Assembly (NCBI GenBank): GCA_051313645.2
Contig: JBNRSN020000003.1
Location: 509,206,001 to 509,270,000, forward strand
Length of the DNA: 64,000 nt
Direction of reading: 5' to 3'
Origin: Centroscyllium fabricii
Lineage: Eukaryota
This document shows, one piece after another, positions 51,188 through 63,282 of this stretch. The notes below the pieces were generated by a model. The model was not told the origin of the DNA. It saw only the letters and a program-made list of their open reading frames with translations, and made no database searches. Every line of letters starts with the position of its first letter. Position 1 is the stretch's first letter. Both the position numbers and the translations under genes were made by a program.

Positions 51188-51502
51188 TCAGCCTTGGCTT
51201 AGTGGTAGCACTCTCCTCTCAAAGTCCGAAGGTTGTGCGTTCAAGTCTCACTCAAGAGGTTTCACCACGTAATCTAGGCTGGCACCAGTGCAATACTGAA
51301 GGATTGATGCAATGTCGGAGGTGCCGCCTTTTTGGATGAGATGTTAAACCGAGGCCCCATCGTCCCCCTCAGGTGAGCATAAATAATCCCGTGGCACTAT
51401 TTGTAGAAGAGCAGGGAAGTTCTCCCGGTGTCCTGGTCAAAATTTATCCCTCAACATCACTAAAACAGGTTATCTGGTCATTCTTCTAATTGTGGTTTGT
51501 GC
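51188..51502 (+). mobile_element. Deu-domain SINE (SacSINE1/AmnSINE-like)
   Basis: tRNA-like head (TGGCTTAGTGGTAGCAC, GTTCAAGTC) and Deu core GATGAGATGTTAAACCGAGGCCCC...GGCACTATTT...GAAGAGCAGGG...CCCGGTGTCCTGG. Confidence 0.75.
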
Positions 51503-51567
51503 GATGAGATGAGCGGCTCATGACCCCCTCATATCCTCTCCAGTAGCTGCATGGCTGAGATCAGGAG

Positions 51568-51930
51568 TGTGGTGTATGGACAACATACACATATGTACTG
51601 ATGATGCTAGACTCTACCTCGGCATCACCTCTCTATATCACCCCGGGGCTATCCGATTGCCTGTGCCTTTAAGGATGGTGCTGGGCACTATCATGTGATG
51701 CCACCAGGCTGCAGTACCCTTACCAGCCACTGTCGTGTATATAAGCTCGTGTGTGTAGTTTCTGTTTCAGTTCTCTACTAGGCTCTGCTGTGAGCTACAT
51801 GTAAATATGTTAGCGCAAGGAGCGCTACTGGTTATGTTGTGATTTTACCATGCACAGTAAACATCACCCAGATTTAGAATGTTAAATTGTGTCTGTCGTT
51901 ATTCGTCCTCGTAATAACACAGACCTAACA
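51568..51930 (+). mobile_element. Solo LTR (363 bp)
   Basis: AGGAG|TGTGG ... TAACA|AGGAG: TG..CA ends with a 5-bp TSD. TATATAAG at ~51738 and AGTAAA at ~51856. Confidence 0.75.
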
Positions 51931-52221
51931 AGGAGGCTCAAACACTCAGCTGGGTAGGTGCAGCTGCAACAACATTCAAGAAGCTGGACACCATCCAGGA
52001 CAGAGCAGGCCACTTGATTTGGGTCTCTGCCACTGAGCTCAATATACAGCCCCTCAACCACAGGTGCACTGTTGCTGCAGTATTTTCTATCTACAGGTTA
52101 CAGTGCAACAACTCCCCAAGTTTATTTCAACAGCACCTCTCTGCCCCATGACCTTTACCACCAAAAATGGACAAGAGCAGCAACGTCATGGGAATATCAT
52201 CACCTCCAAGTCAAACATCAT

Positions 52222-52506
52222 TTTAAGGTGATTGGCAAAAGAATCAAAGGCGACATAAGAAAAAACTTTTTTTTTTTTACGCAGCGAGTGGTTAGGATCC
52301 GGAATGCACTGCCTGAAAGGGCGGTGGAAGCAGACTCAATCACGGCTTTCAAAAGGAAATTGGATAAGTGCCTGAAAGAGAAAATTTGCCGGGCTACAAG
52401 GAAAGGGCGAGGGAGTGGGACTAGCTGAGGTGCTCTTGCAGAGAGCCGGCACGGGCTCGATGGGCCGAATGGCCTCCTTCCGTGCTGTAACCATTCCATG
52501 ATTCTA
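52222..52506 (+). mobile_element. CR1 3' end
   Basis: Encodes FFTQRVVRIRNALPE, followed by the 3' UTR. Confidence 0.85.
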
Positions 52507-54647
52507 TCCTTACTTGGACATATAGCATTAGTCCTTCATCATTGCTGGGTTAAATTCTGCAATTCCCAACATCATTGTGGAGAACTATCGGCCGAAGGGC
52601 TGCAGCAGTTCTAAGTGAAGGCCCTCAACTCAACGGGTCTAAAAGGTTAAAACTGTACAGCAAGAATCAGTGACACTACATTACATGCCAAACTATTACA
52701 TAGAAAAAGTTAAATCTGAACAAATATTTAATGTTAGCAGTAATGAACTGCACTAAATATACTGTAATAATTGGGGGTTATCGAGAACAGAGCACACTTA
52801 AGAGAGCATAATCTTTAAAGGGCACCCTTGCACCAACAGGGTATAAACCGCTATACACTTGCACTGCATCATATATACATATGCTTTGCACATGATATTC
52901 AAAACATGTGCTGGCATACATCCCAGTAGGGACACACAAGAAGGCTACAAGCTGGAACCAATTATATTTCATCAACAATCAGAAAAAACTCGCTACAGTT
53001 TGTGAAAATGTACAGTCGTAAAAGACAAAATGAAGAGGTCAATAGTTAAATGATGTACTAATAAGGTATAGATAGTTACCTATGAAGCTGTATCAAGTGC
53101 CTTCTAAATTAGCAATTCTTACAACAATTCGTACAAAACATTTTTTATGTATGCAAAATTAGCAACAGTATGCAATCACCCAACAAGGAATGTCTAATTT
53201 TCTGTGCATGCTTTTTGCTTTGCTATACATCAGAGTGATGCCCAAAAGAATGTTTTTCAACTCAGTTCCGAAACTTTGTTTGTTGCAATATTTAGCATAA
53301 TACTGGTCTAGGCCAGGTCAGGTCAAAACCTAATAAGGAACAGCACAGAATAGACTATCAGACCAAATCATAGAGTGGCCAAGCCGTGAAGATTCAACCC
53401 ATATATGATGACTGGAAAAGGTAATTGGAGATTGGATACATTCAGACCATTTACATCAGTCGGATTCTAGTCCACTCACACAGTGCTCTTTGTAATAACT
53501 TTCAGAGTGGTGGCCAATCGGATTCCAACAGCAGCATTTCTTTCAGAGGCCATCACCCTATATTTGCTTTCTTTCCTGCTCTGTCCCACTTGTCCTGAAG
53601 GAAAGCCTTTCTTCCATTGAGGGCAACACAACCAATCCTACCCTCGTCCAACAACCGCACACGTACACGATCCAGCGTCACACTATCCCATCATCGGCGC
53701 CGTGACGTAGAATTAACCGAAGGTCAGAGGAATTCAGGCACTGCCTGGCAGCAGATCCAAGGCGGGAGGAGCCGGGGCGGCCACGTCAAGTGTTAAAAAT
53801 CTGCTTCTTTTAGAGCTCCGTGGGGGCCAGGAGGAGCAGGAGTGCCCCTCAAGGAGTCCTTGGGCTTCCCCAGCCCTGGCCACCCGCCACCCCCCACCCC
53901 GATCTCGCTGGAACCCCCAATCCCCTGCAAAGCCTCTTTTCACTGACTGCCGGGGACCACACTCGGCTGCAGCCTCTTACTGTTAAATTCCTGCTACTGC
54001 CCACTGGCCAGGCGTCAGGTGGGAGTCAGCGGAGATTTATTTAAATCAGCTCCCGCCATTAAAATCGACAAGGCTCCACATCCCCCTGGTCTTGTGGGGT
54101 TTGTTGCCGGCTACTGGACTCCCCCACACCCTTCCTGCCCTCCAGTTAATATCAGGGCCAAAGAGTGGCAACTCTGAAGGATTTTTAAAACTTACTATTA
54201 TACAAAGTGATGAAGGCATGTGTTGCACTTACACATGTAGGGCAGCTGCATGTGTGCGTTCCGGCCCTTATCATAAAAACACATGGAAGTATTTTTGGAT
54301 ATCATTCAGATGGAGCCTGGATTGGTAATAGTAGTTAAAATCGAATAGGGTGCTCAGCAGTTTTGAGAAAAAAAACTGTGCAGATAGCTTCGAGAAACTC
54401 CGGCTGCAATTTATTCCACAGTGCTGTAATGAAGAAACCTGCTAGAGGTTTAGGTGCACTAATATATACAAAACGCAATAACCTACAGGAGGAGTGTCAA
54501 CATCAATATCCTCAAAATTAAACACATAAAAACTATGCTTAATTTCAACATATTTGGTTTTTCCCCTTCTGCATTTGTTAACTTTTATATATTTTTGATT
54601 CAATAAGGAGCGCAGATGATATAGTTAAGGAAAGCTGGCTTGCAGTT

Positions 54648-55039
54648 GACCTCATTGAAACATACAAGATTCTGAAGGGGATTGACAGGGTAAATGCCGA
54701 GAGGTTGTTTCTCCTGGCTGGAGAGTCTAGAGCTAGGGACCATAGTCTCAGGATAAGGGGTCGGCCACTTAAAGCTGAGAGGAGGAGGAATTTCTTCACT
54801 GAGGGTTGTGGATCTTTGGAATTCTCTACCCCAGAGGGCTGTGGTTGCGGAGTCATTGTGTATATTCAAGACTGAGATAGACAGATTTTTGGACTCTTGG
54901 GGAATCAAGGTATATGGGGATCTGGTGGGAAAGTGGAGTTGCAGTTGAAGATCAGCCATGATCTTATTGAATGGTGGAGCAAGCTCGAGGGGTCGCATGG
55001 CCTACTCCTACTCATTATTCTTAGGTTGTTATGTTCTTA
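54648..55039 (+). mobile_element. CR1 3' end
   Basis: Encodes DLIETYKILKG..., followed by the 3' UTR. Confidence 0.85.
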
Positions 55040-55595
55040 GTAGGGTAGATATTGTTTGCAGCATTGTGCGGAGGTTAAACTGAGAAGCTTGCTGAAGCAT
55101 CCTAGGTAAGCCACTGTATCTCCCATCAAAGTTATTTCACAGTCAGGAAACCCAAGTATGTTATCAGAGCTAACCACCAAACAATAAGTGTAGAAAAATG
55201 TACAAAATCCTGCTGAAGTTGACCAGAGTCCATTTCTGCTAGCACGGCTCATTTAAGCACCAACAGGGCAGGCAGATGATGGAATGCAGGCTTAATTCTA
55301 CACCATCCCTTCCGTACCACGGAGTCACGCTGCTATGACAAGATGGTTTATTGGAGGCAAGGTGCCTTCCCACAAGAATTGTGAATTGTGTGTGTGTGGG
55401 GGGGGGGGGGGGGGGGGCAGGGGGAGGGAAAGGCAAGAAAATGGTTAAGGAAATCAAAAGGGATAAAGAAAACTGTGGGACCCCAAAGTGATCCCAGGAA
55501 GGATGTGATAATTAACGAATAAAGAATGGCAGATCATCTTAATGATTTATGTGTATCAGTATTTATAAATGAATCAGAGGACCACATTCTCTGTA

Positions 55596-56070
55596 CAGGT
55601 TGTGCACCATTAATCCGCCACGGGCGGGACCAGGCCCGTGCCGGGAAACAGAAAAAACTGGGAGAACGAGGTTGGGCATTGCGCATGCGCGCCAGTCAAA
55701 ATGGCCGCACGCATGTGCACAGCATTGGGATTGGCCGGCGCGTGCATGCGCAGATCGGGCCCGGGTCCGCCTTCCCCCTCCATCGCCTTTCGGGTTGCTG
55801 CTGCCGCCGAGCCGGACTCAGGCTGACAGCTGTTGCCTAGTGAATGTCCGCCTCAGTCACGGGGCTCAGCTGTCGAGAAAATACCCGGCGGCCATATTGA
55901 ATTATCTGCGCATGCGCTAACCGTCCGCCGACGCATGCGCAGATCATTCAAAACACCCGCAGATCATTCGCTGAAGCCATCTTACGCATGTGCAGTGCAG
56001 TCGGGGCAATTTGTGCCGGCAGACTGAAGCTGCCGGCTATTCGGGACACGGATTTTCGGTGCACAACCTG
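55596..56070. mobile_element. Tc1/mariner-type MITE (near copy of 18222-18753)
   Basis: TA|CAGGTTGTGCACC ... GGTGCACAACCTG|TA. Confidence 0.85.
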
Positions 56071-57016
56071 TATAAAATTTGAATTTAAAAAGGCAAGAAG
56101 GAAGAAAACTAACAATTACCCACAAAGTAGTAACAGACAGACTAAGGACACTGAACGGGAACGAGGATGGACTTCAAAACAGCTTAGGAAAGGACGAGGC
56201 ACAGGAAATTGGTCACATCTTGATGGGTATCCGAAGGGAATCACTAAATACAGGAATTCTGCCAAGAGACTAGAGAGAGATAAATCTGGCACCAATTTTT
56301 TTTTTTTTTAAAGGGATCTATAAACCTGTGAGCCTAGCATTGGCAGTTGGGAAATAACAGAATATCTGGAACAGAAGTAAGGTGAAATATAGAAGATAAA
56401 AACCAGTCAACACAGCTTCATTCTGTTGGCTTCTTTGAATATTTAAAACCGTGTTAGCTCAGTAGATTTAATATACCTAGGCGATAGGAAAGCCTTTAAC
56501 ATAGTACTACGGAAAATTACTTTACAAAAGGACCCGTCGGTGTAGGCTCGATAGGGATCGAGGGATATGGGGACAAGGCAGGGGCGGGGTACTGGGTTTG
56601 GATGATCAGCCATGATCTCATTGAATGGCGGAGCAGGCTCGAAGGGCCGAATGGCCTACTCCTGCTCCTATCTTCTAAGTTTCTAAGTTTCTAAGACCTG
56701 AGCTTTTGAAGTGGATAACTAACTGGTTGCTTCAGAGGTATTTAAGGGAGCAGCATCGACATGGAAAGGAGTGACAAGCAGGATACCACAAGGATCTGGT
56801 CTGGAGTCATCGTTTTTCCCCAATGTGTTGACAATGTGGAAAGGGAGAGTAACAAAGCTCTTTCAATTCGACAATGGTAGCAATTTGGGATGGGTTACAA
56901 ATTGTCGGAAAAAGTGCACCAGTTGCAGAGGAATCGAGACAGGTTGGGAGAATTAGCCAAAAGGTGGGAGATGGCATTTAATCTAAAGAAATAGAAAGTC
57001 ATAAAGCTGGGGAATG

Positions 57017-59335
57017 AAAACATAGAAAAATAGGAGCAGGAGTCGGCCATTCGGCCCTTCCAGCCTGCTCCGCCATTCAGTATGATCATGGCTGATCCAC
57101 TATCGCAATACCATATTCCCCCTCTCTCCCCCGGGGTGCTGCAAAAAAATGTTTTTTCCACTTGCCCAGTCGGGCAAGTGGATTTCTAAAACACTTGCCC
57201 GAACACAAATTTCACTTGCCCGAAATTTTTAAAGAAATAAATAAAGATTTTACATTTTTATTAAAATGCTTCAATATAAAACCATAGATTGTGATTGTGC
57301 CTTTAGTTGCATTGGCCCGGTTTCTGCCCCTCTCTGCCAGGGTCTCTCTCTCTACTCTGAACATTCTTCCCTCATTTACCAAACTTTCTGTGAATCCTCC
57401 GCAGGCCGCGGGCTTCCTCACTCTCTCCCTGCCTACCTTCGTCCAGCAGCCGCACCGTTTTTTTCTCTCCCCCCTCAGCGGGTCGACGGCACCGACCCAC
57501 TCTTGCCGCGCACCACCAGCCCGCTCCACCCAACCAGACTGCTGCCCCGTCCCCAGATTGACACGCCGTCTCCTCCAATTGGTCTGGTTAGGTGGAGCGG
57601 GCTGGTGGCGCGCGGCAAGAGTGGGTCGGTGCCGTCGACCCGCTGAGGGGGGGGGGGGGGGGGGAGAGAAAAAAACGGTGCGGCTGCTGGACGAAGGTAG
57701 GCGGGGAGAGAGTGAGGGAGCCCGCGGCCTGCGGAGGCTTCACAGACACTTTGGTAAATGAGGGAAGAATGTTCAGAGTAGAGAGAGAGACCTTGGCAGA
57801 GAGGGGCGCCACCCGACCCCGCCAGCCAATCCGCACCCACCTCCAGGGCGGGATCCAACCACCCGTGCCCGTGGCCGCGATCATCGAGCGGGCAAGCAGT
57901 TTTGTCGCGCCCTGGATTGTCCCAGGATTTGGTCTCTGGGCGTCAGTATCCCAGGTTTCGGTCTCTGGGTGTCAGTGTCCCTGGATTTGGTCTCTGGGTG
58001 TCAGTGTCCCTGGATTCGGTCTCTGGGTGGCCGTGTCCCTGGATTTGGTCTCTGGGTGTCAGTGTCCCTGGATTCGGTCTCTGGGTGGCCGTGTCCCTGG
58101 ATTTGGTCTCTGGGTGGCAGTGTCCCTGGATTCGGTCTCTGGGTGTCAGTGTCCGAGAGAAAGCTTGCTGTCACCTCATCCCAGTCCCTTCACTCACCAA
58201 TACGAAAAATTTGAAAGAAGGGCATCGACCTGAAACGTCAACTCTGCTCCTCTCTCCACCGATGCTGCCTGGCCTGCTGAGTTTCTCCAGCGTTTTCTGT
58301 TGTTATTCCCTTCATTCACCATCTGTTCATCTTTTTCTCAGTTCTTTCTTTTTTGCAGCCTTTGTGGTTTTCTCCTTTTAATGAGGTGGTGGTTGGGGGG
58401 GGGTGGGGCGGGATGAAGCGGGCCTTCAATATTTTTCTATCGCCTCTATATTTCTCTCCATCGATGTTGCCTGGCCTGCTGAGTTTTTCCAGCATTTTCT
58501 GTTGTTATTTCGGATTTCCAGCATCTGCAGTATTTTACTATCGCCCTCGCTTTCCTGCTCGGTTCGAGCTGCTGCTGCGCCGAGCGGCGGGTGGCCGGCC
58601 AGCCGGAGCGAGCTATGATTGGCCAAGCACTGGCAGGGGGCGGGGCGCAGCGCTTCAAAATCGCCGGATCGCGAGAAAACTGCTGGACTGTGATTGGCTG
58701 AGCTCGGGCGGGGCAGAGTTCCAAACCCATCGGCCGAAGCGCGCCCGGCCCATCCGCAGCCGCCTCCAGGGCGGGATCCAACCACCCGTTCCCGTGGCCT
58801 CGCGGTTTTGTCGCGCCCTGCCTCTTAATCGGCGCTCGCCGCCTGGCTGCGTGCGCACACCGTCAGCGCTATTTCTGGACCCAGCAACTCTGGTCATGTC
58901 CGCACATCGCTTGCCCGGTCGGGCAAGTGAGATTTTCTCCTGCTTGCCCAATGGCGCATTTTGCTTGTCCCGGGCAAGCGGGTTTGTCGCGCCCTGTCCC
59001 CATACCCCTTGATACCTTTTGTGTCTGGAAATCTATCGATCTACTTCTTAAATATCTTCAGTGACTTGGCCTCCACAGCCTTCTGTGATAGAGAATTCCA
59101 CAGGTTCACCAACCTCGGAGTGAAGAAATTTCTCATCTCAGTCCTAAATGTCCTACCCCGTATCCCGAGACTGTGACCCCTCGTTCTAGACCCCCCCACC
59201 CCCCAGCCAGGGGAATCATCCCTGCATCCAGTCTGTCTAGCCCGGTCAGAATTTTATACGTGTCAATGAGATCGCCCCTCATTCTTCTAAACTCTAGTGA
59301 ATACAGGCCCAGTCAATCCAATCTCTCCTCATACT
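57017..59335 (-). mobile_element. CR1 3' end, interrupted at 57132-58996
   Basis: 3' UTR at 57017-57131 continues after 59001 into the RGDLIDTYKIL region. Confidence 0.8.
57132..58996 (+). mobile_element. CAGGG-family DNA transposon, 5-bp TSD, with internal inverted duplication and ~8 minisatellite units (~57912-58154)
   Basis: TCCCC|CGGGGTGCTGCAAAA ... TTTGTCGCGCCCTG|TCCCC. Confidence 0.82.
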
Positions 59336-59337
59336 AT

Positions 59338-60460
59338 TCTATTAAAACAGAAATAGACAGTTTCCTCGTAGTAAAAGGGATTAAAGGTTACGGGGAGCGG
59401 GCAGGAATTTGGACATGAGTCTAGGTTCAGATCGGTCATGGCCCTGTGGGTAGTGGAGCGGGCCCAGGGACCGTGTAGCCTGATCCTGCTCCTATTTCGT
59501 GTGTCTAATTCGGTTAGATGCAGGAGATGCTTCTGTGATAGTAGGTTGGTTGTTAGGATCAGATCAGCCATGATCTTATTGAATGGTGGGGCGGTATCGA
59601 AGGGCCGATTGTCCTACTCCTGCTCCTATTTCTTATGTTCTTATGTTCATACGACAGTCCTGCCACCCCGGGAACCAGTCTGGTGAACCTTCGTTGCACT
59701 CCCTCTGTGGCAAGTATGTCCTTTCTTAGGTAAGGAGACCAAAACTGCACACAGTACTCCAGGTGTGGTCTCACCAACTGGGAAACAAACAGTGGGCAAA
59801 TAAAATGAATGAAACAAAACAGGAGAGTGATCCTGGGGTTTTAGTAGAATCATAGAATGGGTACAGCATGGAAGGAGGCCATTCGGCCCATCGAGCCCGT
59901 GCCGGCTCTCTGCAAGAGCACCAATTAGTCCCACTCCCTCATCCTTTCCCTGTAACCATGCAAATTTTCCCCCCTCTGGTAATTATCCAATTCCCTTTTG
60001 AAAGCCGTGATTGAGTCTGCCTCCACCACCCTTTCAGGCAGTGCATTCCAGGTCCTAACCACTCGCTGCGTTAAAAAAAAGTTTTTTTCTTATGTCGCCT
60101 TTGGTTCTTTTGCCAATCACCTTAAATCTGCGTCTTCTGGTTCTCGACCCTTCTGCCAACGGGAACAGTTTCTCTCTCTCTGCTCTGTCCAGACCCCTCA
60201 TGATTTTGAACACCCTTAAAGTAGTGCACAGGGTGTACTGCTGGTAAAGAAACATAAGCTTAGGATGTCTAGCTTGAACGATTGAGCACAAGTCTCAGGA
60301 TGTGACAGTTAGCTATGCAAAGCACTGGTCTGCCCCTACCTAGAGTAATGTGTGCAGTTTGAGCATCATAGCACAGAGGGGAATATCTGGTCTTGCAGCA
60401 GTACATAGAAGGGCAGCTAAATTGATAAATGAAATTGGGCACCTAAGCTACGAGGAAAGA
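59338..60460. mobile_element. Cluster of short CR1 fragments and tails in both orientations
   Basis: Encodes RPHLEYCVQFWSPYL (59660-59777, minus) and VFKIMRGLDRAEREKLF (59846-60215, minus). Several CR1 3' UTR motifs. Confidence 0.75.
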
Positions 60461-60596
60461 CTAAAAGTACTGCAATAGGAAATAAAGGCAATTCTGATGT
60501 GGTCTTATTGAAGTATGAAAGGAATAGACCCAGGATGATGATGAGAGACTAGAAAAACAGAGACAGTTAAGGAAGGATTTAATAGAGGTCTTCAAA

Positions 60597-62320
60597 ATAA
60601 ATGCATATTTTGGTTCTGTCTTCACAAAGGAGAACACAAATAACCTCCCAGAGATGTTGGCGAGCATAGGGTCTGATGAAAGGGAGGAACTGAAAGAAAT
60701 CAGTATTTGTAGGGAAATGGTGTTAGGGAAATTGATGGGATTGATGGCCGATAAATCCCCAGGGCCGGATAATCTACATCCTAGGGTATTTAAGAAAGTG
60801 GCCCTTGAAATAGTAGTTGCATTATTGATCATCTTTCAAAATTCGCTGGAATCAGGAACTGTACCCACGGATTGGAGGGTAGCTAATGTTACCCCACTAT
60901 TCAAAAAGGGTGGTAGAGAGAAAACAGGGAATTACAGACCAGTAAGCCTGACATCGGTAGTGGGGAAGATGCTGGAGTCCATAATAAAGGATGTAATAGC
61001 TGAGCACTTGGAAAACAGTGACAGGATCAGACAAAGTCAACATGGATTTACTAAAGGTAAATCATGGAGTTTTTTGAGGATGTAACTGGGAAAATAGATA
61101 GGGGAGAACCAGTAGATGTGGTGTATTTGGACTTTCAAAAGGCTTTCGATAAGGTCCCGCATAAGAGATTCGCGCGTAAAGTTGAGGCACATGGGATTGG
61201 GGGCAAGGTATTGACTTGGATAGAGAACTGGTTGGCGGACAGAAAGCAGAAAGTAGGAATTAACGGGTCTTTTTCCGAGTGGCAGGCAGTGACTAGTGGG
61301 GTACCGCAGGGATCGATCCTTGGACCCCAGCTATTCACAATATAAATTAATGTTCTAGACAAGTAAACTAGATGTAATATCTCCAAGTTTGCAGACGACA
61401 CAAAGCTGGGTGGGCGTGTGTGCTGCGAGGAGGATACCAAGAAACTCCAGGATGATTTGGACAGGTTGGGTGATTGGGCAGAAGCGTGGCAGATGCAATA
61501 TAACATGGATAAATGTGAGGTTATCCACTTCGGTGTCAAAAACAGAAAGGCAGATTATTATCTGAATGGAAATAGATTGGGAGACGGGGAAGTGCAACGA
61601 AACCTGGGCGTTCTTGTGCACCAGTCGTTGAAGGTAAGCATGCGGGTGCAGCAGGCGGTGAAGAAGGCAAATGGTATGTTGGCCTTCATAGCGAAAGGGT
61701 TTGAGTACAGGAACAAGGATGTCTTGCTGCAGTTGTACAGGGCCTTGGTGAGACCACACCTTGAGTACTGTGTGCAGTTTTGGTCGCCTTATCTGAGGAA
61801 GGATGTTCTTGCCATGGAGGGAGTTCAGCGAAGGTTCACAAGGCGGATACCTGGGATGGCAGGAATAACGCATGAGGAGAGATTGGGTCGATTGGGCTTG
61901 TACCCGCAGGAGTTTAGAAGAATGAGAGGGCGTCTCATCGAAACTTATAAAATTCTGACAGGTCTGAACAAACTAGATGCAGGAAGAATGTTCCCGATGG
62001 TGGGGGAGTCCAGAACCAGGGGGCACAGTCTAAGGATAAGGGGTAAGCCATTCAGGACAGAGATGAGCAAGAATTTCTTCACCCAGAGAGTGGTGAACCT
62101 GTGGAATTCTCTACCACAGAAAGCAGTAGAGGCCAAGTCATTAAATATATTCAAGAAGGAGTTAGATATATTTCTTAGAGCTAATGGTATCAAGATATAT
62201 GGGGAGAAGGCAGGGGGAGGGTACTGAGTTTGGATGATCAGCCATGATCTCATCGAATGGCGGAGCAGGCTCGTGGGGCCGAATGGTCTCCTCCTGCTCC
62301 TATCTTCTATGTTTCTATGT
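60597..62320 (+). mobile_element. Young 5'-truncated CR1, RT to 3' end, few disablements
   Basis: ORFs 60654..61085, 61064..61345 and 61418..62227 together cover the CR1 RT and C-terminus. Ends TTCTATGTTTCTATG. Confidence 0.95.
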
Positions 62321-62344
62321 AAATGAGGGTTTTGATTGAGTAAA

Positions 62345-62640
62345 CAAGGTGAAACTGTTTCCACTGGCAGGTAGATCAGTAACTAAAGGACACAGATTTT
62401 AAATAATTGGCAAAAGAACTAGAGGGGAGACGGAAAGAAGTTTTATGCAGGGAGTTATAATCTGGAATGCACTGCCTGAAAGGGTGGTGGAAGCTGATTC
62501 AATAGTAACTTGAACAGAAAAATAAATGGTATGGCTCTGGGGAAAGAGCAGGGGAGTGGGACTAATCGGATCGCTCTTTCAAAGAGCCAGCACAGGCATG
62601 ATGGGCTGAATGGCCTCCTTCTGTGCCATAAAATTCTATG
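62345..62640 (+). mobile_element. CR1 3' end
   Basis: TGGAATGCACTGCCTGAAAGGGTGGTGG and the GAATGGCCTCCTTCTGTGC tail. Confidence 0.75.
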
Positions 62641-63282
62641 AGTATTAGGCCCTGTAACGGAAGCTATATGCGGATAGTTATAAAATTGAATAGAATGATT
62701 TGCATTGAACTGGTTTCACTGCTATAATTGTACTCCTTAGTGTATTCAAAAAAGTGGTCATTATTAATACCAACACTTTTCAAAAATACAAGTCTATTAT
62801 ATTGGTCTGATTGTTGGCATCACGCGCCCATTATTTGTGTTTTTCTCATCTCTTGGCCTCGGGTTGAACAGCAGCAATTTAATGAAACTTCAGGCCTATA
62901 TTTTGCCAAACACCTGGCTCATTAATAAGCAATGCCAGAGCCTGCTGTATAACTCTGGCCTATATAGTTTGACCATGAATTCGAACTAAGTAGTAACTAA
63001 ATGGTTAGAAGTCCCTTTCCTCTTGGCTATGGCCATTTCTACTAGAAAATAGATGAGAAAACCAGCAAAATAACATAAAATTAAATCCATTATAATAGAA
63101 AGCATGGCTACTATAAAATGCCCTGATTAGCACATGAATTGACTGAAAGTCCACAATGAGGAATAAATTCTGGCACCATTTCTCTAACTAACTCTCAGAA
63201 ATCTTGTGGATGATGTTGCCTCTATTCAGGTAGTTCTAAAATACAATGTATACTTTATAGATATTGATGTTATTTTACTTAC

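Larger units (their letters stand above)
50530..52215 (+). mobile_element. Fragmented old LINE (second CR1/Jockey-group family) hosting a SINE and a solo LTR
   Basis: Encodes NSANYLISLLSIISKLME. The AAGAAGCTGGACACCATCCAGGAC region is similar to 24900-24930. Confidence 0.6.

Noticed and set aside
55239-55457. Proline-rich ORF as next SETD1B exon
   Set aside because: The prolines come from a poly-G/GT simple repeat, and there is no SETD1B-like flanking peptide.
63226-63282. C-terminal [18 protein letters not shown] of the listed ORF
   Set aside because: This is read-through past the GTAAGT splice donor into the intron.
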